64,000 bases of DNA. It comes from Candidatus Woesearchaeota archaeon. Its GTDB lineage: Archaea > Nanobdellota > Nanobdellia > Woesearchaeales > SKGA01. Both the position numbers and the translations under genes were made by a program. Position 1 is the first letter of the stretch; each line of letters starts with the position of its first letter. The stretch spans positions 10,913-74,912 of the forward strand of contig JBKGYN010000002.1 in assembly GCA_046546105.1 (NCBI GenBank), read 5' to 3'. The notes under the pieces are model-generated. The model made no database searches. It was not told where the DNA came from and saw only the letters and a list, made by a program, of their open reading frames with translations. Shown one piece after another: positions 9,402 to 19,343 of this stretch.

Positions 9402-10034
9402 GTGGTTAGTATTAATAAGCGTCAGAAAGAATTGAATGATGATATAGGATCGTATCTTGAAAGGCGTCATTCTGGTGATTCCTCTGGTTCATCTTCTTTT
9501 TTCAAGAGAGTGGAGAGTCTGATTCCTTCGCGTGCCGGTTCGGAATCGGTTCCTGATATGCATGATACAGAGGCGACGGTCTATGACAAGCCTAAGAAGA
9601 AGCGTTTCTCTTTGCTCTCGATTTTCTCTCGTGGCTCTCGTGATCCGAAAGAATATGAAGAAGGTGATGAGGAGCTTGATGAGAGTGATCGCGAAGGCCT
9701 TCAGGAACTTGAGCATGAGATTGATGATGTCGAGCAGCAGTCTGAAGAGCTTGAAGAGAAACGTTCAGGGCTTTTCAGCCGGTTATTTTCCTTTCTTAAT
9801 TTCGGCGGTCGTTCTCGTGGGGAGTATGAGGAGGACATTCCTGAAGATCAGGTCAAGGAACAGTTGAAAGCCCAGGAAGAGAAGGATTCCTTGTATAAGG
9901 AGACTCGTGAGACTCTCAAGATCCTTCACAAGTGGATTAATCGTTTGCCTCCGCAGCAGATTGAGGCCTTCAAGAGATCGCCTGACTTCCAGAAGTATAA
10001 GGAATTGCTTGACAAGTATAACCTCATCAAGTGA
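9402..10034 (+). CDS. hypothetical acidic coiled-coil protein
   Basis: ORF with GTG start; highly charged (EEGDEELDESDREGLQELEHEIDDVEQQSEELEEKRSG); no recognisable domain; start uncertain. Confidence 0.4.
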   Translation: MVSINKRQKELNDDIGSYLERRHSGDSSGSSSFFKRVESLIPSRAGSESVPDMHDTEATVYDKPKKKRFSLLSIFSRGSRDPKEYEEGDEELDESDREGLQELEHEIDDVEQQSEELEEKRSGLFSRLFSFLNFGGRSRGEYEEDIPEDQVKEQLKAQEEKDSLYKETRETLKILHKWINRLPPQQIEAFKRSPDFQKYKELLDKYNLIK

Positions 10035-10077
10035 TCCTTTTTTTCTTTCACTATTTTTTTCTCTTGTTCGTATTATT
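10035..10077. terminator. T-rich intergenic tract between convergent genes
   Basis: cctttttttctttcactatttttttctcttgttcg between the + gene ending at 10034 and the - gene ending at 10078; archaeal terminators are oligo-T tracts. Confidence 0.35.
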
Positions 10078-11286
10078 TCATTTCGAAGCCATGATTTCTA
10101 TTATGTCCAAATGTTTGAGGACATGGTCTTTTCCTACGGGTCGTTTCGTTCTCACGTCGATCGCTTTCACGAAATTCCTGCCGAAGTCGCTGTGTAGCCT
10201 GTAGGCGAAGTCCAGCGCCGTTGCATCCTTTTCCATGAGAAAACAATCTGGTAGGACATTGCCATCCTGATCCTCGAGCTTGTTCGCTCCTCCTGGGTGG
10301 ATGGCCTTGTGCTCGAGTGTCGTGAAGACGACCTCATCAAGAACGTGTTGCACGCCCGTTCCTGTCTCATAGCTGTCAAGAAGTGATGTTCTCAAGAACT
10401 TTAGCGCTTGCTTTTGCTTCTCGCTCATCTTCTCCTCGCCTTTGTCCGTAATCGAGAATCCGGTTTCACCAGGAACATAATCGATAAGATCGTTTTTTGC
10501 CGCTTCCTTGAGGGCTAGCTCTCCTTCTGCCGAGCATGGGATGATACTGTATTCGGGGAATTGCTTATGGAGTTTCTTGATATTCTTTGGCGCTGTCTTG
10601 TGATCGCACTTGTTCGCTGCGATGATCATTGGCTTGCTCTCTTTTCGCAGTACCCTTGATAGGGTTAGCAAATCCTCTTCAGTCCATTCTCGTGCGGGCT
10701 TTTTATCCAACCCTGTCATTTTCACACCGTCTTCGGCGATCTCTTCTCTCACGCCGACACCGCTCATCTGCTTGGCGATTGCCTTGTGTATTTCTCGTTT
10801 TTCCTGCTGCACGACTCTCGTGAACTTCTCCCAGCCCTTGGCAAGGATGTTCTTGAACCAGTGATCGAGCTCGAGCTCGAGAAACTCAACATCGCGTGTA
10901 GGATCGTAGCTTCCTGCTTCCACCGCCTCTCCTCGTTCATTAACGCTGCCTGATGCGTCAATGACGTGTATGAGAGCGTCTGCTTGGTTGAGATCATCGA
11001 GGAATTGGCTACCCATCCCTTCGCCCTTGTGAGCATCTGGAACCAGCCCTGCAACATCAAGCAGATCCACTGGCACGAATCGCCACTCCCTTTGCACGTA
11101 GCCCATGCGGGGATTGGCCGTCTTGCCGAATTCTTGTGCCACATCCTTTATCTTGACAAAGCCCACTGCCTTGTTAGGGTCGATGGTCGTGAACGGGTAA
11201 TTCGCGATATCCGCTTCTGAAAGGGTTGCTGCCTTGAAGAACGTGCTTTTTCCGACTGATGGTTTTCCGACGATTCCTATGATCAT
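10078..11286 (-). CDS. Obg-like ATPase of the YchF/OLA1 family (GTP-binding protein with C-terminal TGS domain)
   Basis: N-terminal P-loop GKPSVGKSTFF, G2 FTTIDPN, G3/G4 motifs; C-terminal TGS-like segment (GKDHVLKHLDIIEI). Confidence 0.8.
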   Translation of the reverse strand: MIIGIVGKPSVGKSTFFKAATLSEADIANYPFTTIDPNKAVGFVKIKDVAQEFGKTANPRMGYVQREWRFVPVDLLDVAGLVPDAHKGEGMGSQFLDDLNQADALIHVIDASGSVNERGEAVEAGSYDPTRDVEFLELELDHWFKNILAKGWEKFTRVVQQEKREIHKAIAKQMSGVGVREEIAEDGVKMTGLDKKPAREWTEEDLLTLSRVLRKESKPMIIAANKCDHKTAPKNIKKLHKQFPEYSIIPCSAEGELALKEAAKNDLIDYVPGETGFSITDKGEEKMSEKQKQALKFLRTSLLDSYETGTGVQHVLDEVVFTTLEHKAIHPGGANKLEDQDGNVLPDCFLMEKDATALDFAYRLHSDFGRNFVKAIDVRTKRPVGKDHVLKHLDIIEIMASK

Positions 11287-11421
11287 GATGCTTTCACCGT
11301 TGCCTTATCTGGTTTTTCCTGTATCCGGACGCTGCCTTGAAGATGAGGTGTTCTTCTTAAATCTTGTGTGTGCATTTTTTGTGGACAAGTTTTTTATACT
11401 CTTTTGTGTTCGTGGATTGCA

Positions 11422-12606
11422 ATGGATCCGTTTTTCACTTACAAGCCATCTCTTCTTTCAGAATTCATCGGTCAGGATGACGCTGTCGATAAGCTGGCCT
11501 CATTTTTCTCGGGCTTCTCCAAAGGTCTGGGTCTTCTCCTGTACGGTCCCCCTGGCACCGGTAAGACTAGTATGGTGTATGCCTTTGCCAAACAGGAAGG
11601 CTATGACATCCTCGAGCTGAACGCCAGTGATACTCGTAATAAGGCGGGTCTGAAGGATTTCCTTTCCAAAGCCACTGGCCAGGCAAGCTTGTTCGGTCCG
11701 AAAAAGATCGTCCTTCTTGATGAGATCGACGGTCTCTCCGGCACGAAGGATCGTGGTGCTGCTGGTGAGATCGTCAAGGCGATTAAGTCTTCTCCTTTCC
11801 CTATTGTCATGACGGGTACTAACATCTTTGACAAGAAGTTCTCTTCCTTGCGGAAAGTCTGCAAGAAAGTCGAATTCCCTTCCTTGAAATCTTCTGACAT
11901 CCGCATGATCCTTGATCAGACCTGTGAGCGTATGGATGTTGATTGTGATTCGGATGTCTTGCGCGCCATCTCCCGTAACGCGGCTGGTGATGCACGGGCC
12001 GCTCTTAACGATCTCTTCTCCTTTGTTGTTGTGAAAAAGAGCAGTGTTGACACCCTTGAGGTTCGTCGCCAGACTGAAGTGCTTGGTGACGTGCTTGTGC
12101 GTGTGTTGAAATCCACCGATCCGAACGTGGTTTTCGGCGCATTTGATAACGTCGATGAGGATCTTGATAAGATCTTCTTATGGCTTGATGAGAACATTCC
12201 TCGTGAGTATAGGAACAGCGCTGATCTTGCAAACGCTTTTGACATTCTCTCGCGTGCCGACGTCTTTTTCGGTCGCATCCGCCGTTGGCAGTATTATCGT
12301 TTCTATGTCTATTGTTATCTTTTGTTATCGGTCGGTGTCGCTCTGTCCAAGGAGAAGAAGTATCCCGGTGTTCCTTCTTACAAGCAGCCTACACGTCTTC
12401 TCAAGTACTGGCGTGCTAACATCGCGTTTGCGAAGCGTGATTCCATTGTCGAAAAGATCGCGCAGTCCTCTTTTGTCTCTAAAAACCGTGCTCGCAAGGA
12501 TTGTTTCTACTTTCTGCTTCCTGCCTTGATCCGTTCGAAAGAATTGCAGGAGGAGCTTGACTTGACTGATGATGAAGTCTCTTGGCTTGAGAAACAATCG
12601 GTTTGA
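11422..12606 (+). CDS. rfcL: replication factor C large subunit
   Basis: ORF 11368..12606, probable ATG at 11422 (MDPFFTYKP); LLLYGPPGTGKTS Walker A, ELNASDTRNK, VLLDEIDG Walker B, clamp-loader sensor motifs. Confidence 0.75.
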   Translation: MDPFFTYKPSLLSEFIGQDDAVDKLASFFSGFSKGLGLLLYGPPGTGKTSMVYAFAKQEGYDILELNASDTRNKAGLKDFLSKATGQASLFGPKKIVLLDEIDGLSGTKDRGAAGEIVKAIKSSPFPIVMTGTNIFDKKFSSLRKVCKKVEFPSLKSSDIRMILDQTCERMDVDCDSDVLRAISRNAAGDARAALNDLFSFVVVKKSSVDTLEVRRQTEVLGDVLVRVLKSTDPNVVFGAFDNVDEDLDKIFLWLDENIPREYRNSADLANAFDILSRADVFFGRIRRWQYYRFYVYCYLLLSVGVALSKEKKYPGVPSYKQPTRLLKYWRANIAFAKRDSIVEKIAQSSFVSKNRARKDCFYFLLPALIRSKELQEELDLTDDEVSWLEKQSV

Positions 12607-12684
12607 ATCTGCGGACTTGTTCTTTTCTGATAAAGAAGTAATGATAAAAAAATAAAGGAAAAACATGCAACGATCACTGCGTGA

Positions 12685-13998
12685 TCATGCGAGTTGTTCC
12701 GGCGTGTAGACTTTCGTCTTGCCGTTGGTCTTGACCTTGCTGCTCATGCCGATGAGATACTTGACATTGCTTTTCTCGCTTGTCGTGAGCAACTCCTTTG
12801 ACACGCTTCCATCGAAGATGATTGCATAGGCAGCGTTGTTGAGGCTTTTGATAGTGCTTTCCAGCTCGCTGATAGGGATCTTTCCCAACACGTTCAGGCT
12901 CTTGTCGAGGATATACGCGCCCCTCGTTCCAATGAGGTCTTCAAGCATCTTGTTGAACTTCTCTTTCTCATCATCGCTTAGCGCACCACTGTTTGTCTTT
13001 GCAGCTTGTTGCGACTGACTGTTCGGGGAGCTGCGTCCTCCTTTCTGCGTGTTATCGCTTTGTTTCCTATTGCTCTGTGATCGCTGTTGGCTTTTTCGTT
13101 GGTTGTTGCTTCCAGAAGAGCTGCTGCTTTGGCTGCTACTACTATGGTTTTTTCCCTGTACCCCTTCCTTGTCTTCAAGGTGGACTTGTTCGATACTGAC
13201 CTTTGCCCGGAGTGATTTGTGGATCTCTTTTTTCGTGAGCTCTTCCACTTCCTTGCCTGAAGGTGCCTTGGTCACGAAATCGATTTCCGTGATATTCTGC
13301 AGTTCCTTGACGATCAGGTCTCCGCCCCTATCACCATCAACGAAGACCGTGACTGTCTTTTCCTTGCACAGGTCTGCGATAGTTCGTTTCACGCCGGTAC
13401 CTCCGACTGCCACTGCGTTCTTGAACCCGTATTTGAGCAGGTTGAGTACATCTGCACGTCCTTCCACGACGATGATATCATCAGATTCGTCGATAGCCGG
13501 CCCTGCTGGTAGCTTGTCCTTCCCGTAATCCTGGATTTCTGCGACACGCACGGAATAAGCCACCTCGTCAGCGATTTCTTGCGTGTCCGGCGTTGTTGAA
13601 TCCACTAGGTTCTTGAGGAGTTGTTTGGCCCTTTCAACGACTTGTTTGCGCTTGGAAATCCTTATGTCTTCTATCTTGGTGACTTGGATTTTCGCGTTGC
13701 ACGGTCCTATACGTTGTATGATCTCAAGAGCTGCAGCGACGATTGCCGTCTCTGCCTTATCCAGAGAGCTCGGGATGATGATTTCTCCGACGGTCTTTCC
13801 GTTTTTGGTCTCCGTATTCACTTCGATCCGGCCGATACGTCCTGATTTCTGCATCTCTCGCAGTTCAAGATCCTCGCCGAGAAGCCCTTCGGTCTGTCCG
13901 AATACGGCTCCGATGACATCGGGCCTGTCCACAACACCTTCTATTGAAATATTCGAATGGATGATGTACTTCGATGATACTTGTGCAATTTTTGCCAT
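12685..13998 (-). CDS. dnaG: archaeal-type DNA primase DnaG (Toprim) with a Ser/Gln-rich low-complexity insertion
   Basis: N-terminus MAKIAQVSSKYIIHSNISIEGVVDRPDVIGAVFGQTEGLLGEDLELREMQKSGRIGRIEV matches the archaeal DnaG consensus; Toprim segment (VVVEGRADVLNLLKYGFKNAVAVGGTG... DGDRGGDLI); internal insert of about 55 aa, HSSSSQSSSSSGSNNQRKSQQRSQSNRKQSD... Confidence 0.85.
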   Translation of the reverse strand: MAKIAQVSSKYIIHSNISIEGVVDRPDVIGAVFGQTEGLLGEDLELREMQKSGRIGRIEVNTETKNGKTVGEIIIPSSLDKAETAIVAAALEIIQRIGPCNAKIQVTKIEDIRISKRKQVVERAKQLLKNLVDSTTPDTQEIADEVAYSVRVAEIQDYGKDKLPAGPAIDESDDIIVVEGRADVLNLLKYGFKNAVAVGGTGVKRTIADLCKEKTVTVFVDGDRGGDLIVKELQNITEIDFVTKAPSGKEVEELTKKEIHKSLRAKVSIEQVHLEDKEGVQGKNHSSSSQSSSSSGSNNQRKSQQRSQSNRKQSDNTQKGGRSSPNSQSQQAAKTNSGALSDDEKEKFNKMLEDLIGTRGAYILDKSLNVLGKIPISELESTIKSLNNAAYAIIFDGSVSKELLTTSEKSNVKYLIGMSSKVKTNGKTKVYTPEQLA

Positions 13999-14808
13999 TG
14001 CTTTTCAAACCTCCTTGGTAGTTTACTTCGATCTTCTTTCACTCATCGGGAGGCTGCAACGGTTTGCTGGCCGGCTTGTATCTGACAAAGAAGCAGTGTC
14101 CACAGTCTCTTCTGCGGGGGCAATCATATCTTAGCATCGGTTGATGCGTTGATTCCATGTGCGCTTTTGCGATATTGGTTATCTGTAGTCGTTGCTATAG
14201 GTGCTCTGTAGTTTCTTGTCAGTCTTATCATGCGTTGTGATTGTTGATGTGATGGATATCGTAATTGTGTGTTACGCCTCGCTTCGGTGTTCACTCTGTT
14301 TCCTGTCGATAGGAGTTGTGATGTCCTTCGCTTGCGTGCGTATCACGTTGTGATATGATTGTTGGATAGCTTCCTTTGTCATGCGCTCGTGCAATTCATG
14401 TGCAGCATTCGCAATGATGAAAGGTTTTGTCTTGCTTGTGACAAGACCTCCTTAAGGATCTTTTTGTAGGTGTCCTTGTTGGATTGTGAGTTCACATGCT
14501 CCTTTTCGATAGGAGCTGTCGTTCCCGTCTGCCTCTGTAGTGCAGAGCCGGTGGGAAAGTGAGTTGTTGCCTGGAACACTAACTCCCAGTCTCATTGCTT
14601 GACGTTAGTCGTAAGCTCCTATGAGTACTCTCGTGCCAGGCTGTCGTATCCAAGAGTGGCCGAAGATCATCGCATCGGGATCGAACCGCATGCTCTATCG
14701 GGACCCATTTGGACACGACGCAGGGTAATATCCGGTCATTTATAAACCTTCTCTCGTTCAAATATATGATAAAAAAAGAAATACTATATATTTTGTATAT
14801 GCCTTTTT

Positions 14809-16017
14809 TTACTCGGTCGCTACACTGATGTTCTCATCAAGAACAACGGTCTGGTTCTCCATAGCGCCGTTCATGGTATTATTTTCAGCGATCGCATCCT
14901 TATTCTTGTACGTGATTGTCGCATTCTCGCGTAGTTTACTCACATACTCGTCGTAGATTGCTGTAGCTCTCTCCTGGCTGAGTTGTTGCCTGATCGCCGT
15001 TCTCACAGGCGTTTGTTCTCCTTCTTGATCGCTTGTCATGTCATCCAGATCGAGATATCCCGCTTCGGACTCGTTTCTTTTCAGGATGACGTGGTATCCG
15101 AACTGTGACTTGACGACTTGCCTCTCGCCGATATCCATCTCGAAGCTCGCGTTCTCGAACGCAGGGTCCATGCGATCTCTTGAGAATGTGTATTCGCCGC
15201 AATCTTCTTTGCTGCCCAGATCCATGCTGTAGTTTCTCACTAGTGTGCAGAAGTTGCTGTTATTAGTTTCATCGAGCTGTGCGCTGATATTTTCTGCCAG
15301 AGCTTCTGCTTTTGCATCTGTTGTCTGATTGTTGACCTCGATAAGGATGTGTCTGACTGTGACTTGCTGTTCCCTGTAGAACTGGTCCCTGTTATTCTCA
15401 TAATACTCCTCGACTTCTTCATCAGTCACATTCACTTCGCTCGTGTTGAGCTGGTCGAAGAGTTTCGCGATCGTCAGTTGTTTCTGGTATGTCAAGAGGA
15501 TATCCTCGTATGAAAGCCCTTGCATCTCCAGCTGCTGCTTGAACTCTTCCATGCTTCGTCCTGCCTGGGTGAGTTGTTGATTGACAAACCCTTCGGCTTC
15601 CTGTGATGTCGTTTCAAGCCCTTTCTCTTCGGCCTTGTTCAGGAGAAGCTGCTGGTTGACTATATCTTCAAGCAGTGCATCTTTTCCAACCTGTAGTTTC
15701 ACGTTCGGCGGGAGCGTGTTCCACTGCTTGTTGAACTCTTCCTCCGTGATCGTCTCGCCATCGACCGTGGCAAGTACGGTTTCATTATCTCCTGCCATCG
15801 TATCTTCGCTTGAGAAGATATTCTGGAGTGATGGTGTGAGTGCTAGTACTGCAATGACCGCTACGATGACTGTAAGGCCGATGATAGACCATGCCTTCTT
15901 GTCAGAGACTGTTTTTTTCTTCTTCGTTCTGTATGTGTCATGCTTCTTTCCTTCATAGACCTTTTTCGCTGTCTTCGAATGTGTTTTTTTCGTTGTCATG
16001 TGTTTCATCCTCATCAT
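14809..16017 (-). CDS. membrane-anchored parvulin-type peptidyl-prolyl isomerase (SurA/PrsA-like)
   Basis: Basic N-terminal tail, one TM (IIGLTVIVAVIAVLAL), SurA-N-like region, parvulin core (VTVRHILIEV ... FGYHVILKRNE). Confidence 0.65.
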   Translation of the reverse strand: MMRMKHMTTKKTHSKTAKKVYEGKKHDTYRTKKKKTVSDKKAWSIIGLTVIVAVIAVLALTPSLQNIFSSEDTMAGDNETVLATVDGETITEEEFNKQWNTLPPNVKLQVGKDALLEDIVNQQLLLNKAEEKGLETTSQEAEGFVNQQLTQAGRSMEEFKQQLEMQGLSYEDILLTYQKQLTIAKLFDQLNTSEVNVTDEEVEEYYENNRDQFYREQQVTVRHILIEVNNQTTDAKAEALAENISAQLDETNNSNFCTLVRNYSMDLGSKEDCGEYTFSRDRMDPAFENASFEMDIGERQVVKSQFGYHVILKRNESEAGYLDLDDMTSDQEGEQTPVRTAIRQQLSQERATAIYDEYVSKLRENATITYKNKDAIAENNTMNGAMENQTVVLDENISVATE

Positions 16018-16214
16018 ATGATGATATTAAGGATCCTTCGTTGCCATAGTCCCTGCAGGAGATCTGTTGCGACTTTGCAGGGGATACTGACACTTTCACT
16101 GGGTGCTTCTTCCTTATTTAAGTTTTGTTATTTCTGGTCTTCGGTGCCCACTTGTTATTGTATTGTGTTTGCAGCACAATGTTTTTAAATACCTCTCACT
16201 GCAGACAACCTCAT

Positions 16215-18812
16215 ATGGAAGATATTGTTGTAGGGCGCAGTAAATCTGACTTGAAAAAATACGGGATGAAAGGCGCTATCTTCGTTGGTAAGCATTACAT
16301 CTCTATGGGTACCACTACAACGCTTTCTAACAATGTATATATGGACGTTGCCGGCGCTCACGTCGTTTTCATCTGCGGCAAGCGTGGCGGCGGAAAATGT
16401 CTGACTGGCGATACTCTTATCTCTCTTGCTGACGGTCGGGAAGTCCCTATTGCAGATCTTGAGCACATCGACCAGGATATTGTCGCTCTGAACGATGATT
16501 TGAAAGTGCAGCATGCTGGCAAGACTGAGTTTTTCAAACGCGAAGTCTCGAAATTACTCAACATCCGGCTACGTAGTGGCAAGGAATTGCGTTTAACGCC
16601 GGAACATCCTTTACTGACCGTTTCAGGTTGGAATGAAGCATCTGCTTTGAAAGAAGGCTCGCGTATAGCGACTCCTCGAAAATTGCCTTCATTTGGAGAA
16701 CACGACCTTCCTGAAAACGAAGTGAAAATCCTTGCTTATTTGCTTGCTGAAGGGCACTTATCCAATGGGTTTATCCTGTTCTCGAATACTGATTCGCTTA
16801 TCATGGCTGATTTCAGGAGCGCTCTTCAATCTTTTGACGCATCCTTAGATGTTAAACAGCATGGTGAAGGGTGTGTTCGGGTCATATCTTCTGGTGTGAG
16901 ACGAACAATTGTGAACTCCTCACGTAACGAAAAGGGACAATTCGGTAAAGGAGTCGTTTTCGATAAGAAATCTTCATTGCGCAAATATCTCGAGAGTGCA
17001 GGATTATATGGGTACAAGGCAGATCAACGGGTTCTTCCTGATCGTATCTTCCAGTTGCCCAAGCGCAAACTGGCATTATTCCTCAATCGTCTTTTTAGCT
17101 GTGATGGTACTATCTATCGTGATGGTAACAAGGACTCTTGGATAGTGAGCTATTCTTCAGCTTCTAAGAAGATGATCTATCAGATTCAGAATCTGTTATT
17201 GAAATTCGGTTTGCTTTCCCGCGTTCGTAAGAAGCAACAGAACGGGTTTACCAGTTATGAACTGGGTCTTCATGAAATCCATGTCCATTGGTTCCTTCAG
17301 GAAATTGGTTTTTTCGCTGATAAGAAACATCGCCAAGAACAAGCTCTTCGCAGCACTAAACAGCATAATCCTAATATTGATACGATTCCTCGAGAAATCT
17401 GGGACACGTATCGTCCGAAAAATTGGTCTGAAGTGGGTAAAGAACTCGGTTATAAGACTCCTAAATCTGCACGATCCTCGATCAGGCATTCTCCCTCTCG
17501 CCAGAAACTCGCTTGTATAGCGCGGTCAGATGGTAGTGTTGAAACAGGATTGCTTGCCGAATCCGATATCTTCTGGGATGAGATTGTTGACATCACTGAA
17601 GAGAACGGTACGTTCACCGTATATGATATCAGTGTTCCCGAGCATCATAATTTTGTTGCAAATGGCGTTATCGTCCATAACAGCTACACGATGGGTGTTA
17701 TCGCTGAAGGCTTTCACCTTCTTGAAAAGGCTATCAAGGAGAATCTTTCTGTCATCCTTCTGGACACGATGGGTATCTATTGGACGATGAAATACCCGAA
17801 CCACCAGGATAAAGAGCTTCTTGAAAAATGGGGTCTCAAGCCGCAATCGATTCCTGTCAAGATCTTCACGCCGGAGAAATACTATCACATCTACAAGAAG
17901 CAAGGCATTCCTACTGACGTTCCGTTCACGATGAATCCTGCAGACCTGGATCCTGACGATTGGTGTAATGCCTTCAGGGTCGATAAGTACAGCTCCCGAG
18001 GCATCCTCATCAACCGGACCATCCTTGATCTCAAGAAATCCGGTGAGAACTTCCAGATTCACGATATCATCAAGCGTATCAAGGAAGATCAGGATTCTGA
18101 GAAAGAGGATCGTGACGCTGTCATTTCCATGTTTCTCATGGCTGATAATTGGGGTGTCTTCTCGGAGCACGGCACGCCCCTTCACGAACTGGCTAAAGGC
18201 GGCCAGATCACCGTGCTTGACGTTTCCTGCTACGCGACCATGCCTGGTGGTTGGGATGTCAAATCGCTCATGGTAGGCCTTGTCGGTCAGCGTCTGTTCA
18301 TCGAGAGGATGGAATACCGTAAGGGCGAGGAATATGAGTCTGTCAGCAGCGCCACTAACTTCTTCAGTTCAGATGCTAAGAAAACGCAGGACATGCCTCT
18401 GGTGTGGCTTGTTATTGACGAGGCTCATGAATTCCTTCCTCGAAACGGTAAGGTCGCTTCTACCGATGCCCTTGTCACGATCATGCGCGAAGGTCGTCAG
18501 CCGGGTATTTCCCTCATTCTCGCGACCCAGCAGCCCGGTAAGATCCACACGGATGTCATGACGCAGTCTGACACTGTCCTCTCTCACCGGATCACTGCGA
18601 AGATGGATGTTGATGCTCTCGGGATGCTCATGCAGTCCTACATGCGTGAAGGCTTGACTGGTGAGCTTGACAAGCTTCCTCGTGAAAAAGGTGCTGGTGT
18701 GCTTTTCGATGATAATAATGAGAAGATGTATCCTATCAGGATTCGCCCTCGTTTCACCTGGCACGGAGGTTCGAGCCCTACAGCCGTCCCGGAGGATAAA
18801 GAAGAGCGATGA
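16215..18812 (+). CDS. HerA/FtsK-superfamily (DUF87-like) ATPase interrupted by an intein in the P-loop
   Basis: ORF 16125..18812 with probable ATG at 16215; extein Walker A GKRGGGK|S is split by the intein; Walker B VWLVIDEAHEF; LILATQQPGKIH (HerA/VirB4-type TQxP motif). Extein about 467 aa. Confidence 0.75.
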   Translation: MEDIVVGRSKSDLKKYGMKGAIFVGKHYISMGTTTTLSNNVYMDVAGAHVVFICGKRGGGKCLTGDTLISLADGREVPIADLEHIDQDIVALNDDLKVQHAGKTEFFKREVSKLLNIRLRSGKELRLTPEHPLLTVSGWNEASALKEGSRIATPRKLPSFGEHDLPENEVKILAYLLAEGHLSNGFILFSNTDSLIMADFRSALQSFDASLDVKQHGEGCVRVISSGVRRTIVNSSRNEKGQFGKGVVFDKKSSLRKYLESAGLYGYKADQRVLPDRIFQLPKRKLALFLNRLFSCDGTIYRDGNKDSWIVSYSSASKKMIYQIQNLLLKFGLLSRVRKKQQNGFTSYELGLHEIHVHWFLQEIGFFADKKHRQEQALRSTKQHNPNIDTIPREIWDTYRPKNWSEVGKELGYKTPKSARSSIRHSPSRQKLACIARSDGSVETGLLAESDIFWDEIVDITEENGTFTVYDISVPEHHNFVANGVIVHNSYTMGVIAEGFHLLEKAIKENLSVILLDTMGIYWTMKYPNHQDKELLEKWGLKPQSIPVKIFTPEKYYHIYKKQGIPTDVPFTMNPADLDPDDWCNAFRVDKYSSRGILINRTILDLKKSGENFQIHDIIKRIKEDQDSEKEDRDAVISMFLMADNWGVFSEHGTPLHELAKGGQITVLDVSCYATMPGGWDVKSLMVGLVGQRLFIERMEYRKGEEYESVSSATNFFSSDAKKTQDMPLVWLVIDEAHEFLPRNGKVASTDALVTIMREGRQPGISLILATQQPGKIHTDVMTQSDTVLSHRITAKMDVDALGMLMQSYMREGLTGELDKLPREKGAGVLFDDNNEKMYPIRIRPRFTWHGGSSPTAVPEDKEER
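16398..17681 (+). mobile_element. intein (Hint domain with LAGLIDADG homing-endonuclease domain), 428 aa
   Basis: Begins Cys (CLTGDTLISLADGREV) immediately after GGGK and ends VHN followed by Ser (+1 nucleophile); two LAGLIDADG-like motifs (LAYLLAEGHL, LNRLFSCDGTIY) in the middle. Confidence 0.75.
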
Positions 18813-18826
18813 AGTGTGATTTTTCT

Positions 18827-19264
18827 CTATTGCTCGTTTCGGAACAATTCTTTTGCAACCTCTATTGATCGTTCTCGTGTCTTCGGGTGGGCTGCCAGCA
18901 TGATCTTGAAATGAAAGCAATCTCCATGATCGACGAGTTCTGCCTCTCGTTCTTCTGCAAATCTCTTCTTATCAAGACGGATATACAGAGCTCCCTTCTC
19001 ATCGACCCTGTTTTCCTGCGTGATGACTTTCTCGCATTGCGTTTTGCCGAGAAGTTCTTTCAATCGCATCAAGGCATCCTTTAAATGCCTGCTTTTTTTC
19101 AATGTGGCTGTATAAATGCTCAAGTCGCTTCCTTGCTCTATCAGAGCTTCTTCCTGCTCGAGAGTGATCTTCTGATTCTCGTACTCTTCCGGAAGGAAGT
19201 ATTCGATGCTTTTCCGGAGCTGCTTTGCATCATCGCCTTCTTTGGCGAAGACTTTGATTGTCAT
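18827..19264 (-). CDS. hypothetical protein
   Basis: 172-aa ORF (to 19345) divergent from pan; likely real start at an internal Met (MTIKVFAKEGDD...); charged, no motif recognised by eye. Confidence 0.4.
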   Translation of the reverse strand: MTIKVFAKEGDDAKQLRKSIEYFLPEEYENQKITLEQEEALIEQGSDLSIYTATLKKSRHLKDALMRLKELLGKTQCEKVITQENRVDEKGALYIRLDKKRFAEEREAELVDHGDCFHFKIMLAAHPKTRERSIEVAKELFRNEQ

Positions 19265-19305
19265 ATAATGTATTGGTGCGCTCATGAGACATGGTAAAAA
19301 ACAGT

Positions 19306-19317
19306 CATATTTAAAAA
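19306..19317 (+). promoter_or_regulatory. TATA-box-like element (atttaaaaag) about 25-30 nt upstream of the pan start
   Basis: Short divergent intergenic region; A/T hexamer with archaeal TATA consensus-like spelling; ATG of MGANDQ about 27 nt downstream (leaderless-style). Confidence 0.4.
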
Positions 19318-19343
19318 GTCTCTTTCGTTCACCGGTTCTAATC

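Noticed and set aside
17526-18185. 219-aa antisense ORF across the intein/extein junction
   Set aside because: Opposite a continuous, motif-bearing ATPase and intein reading frame.
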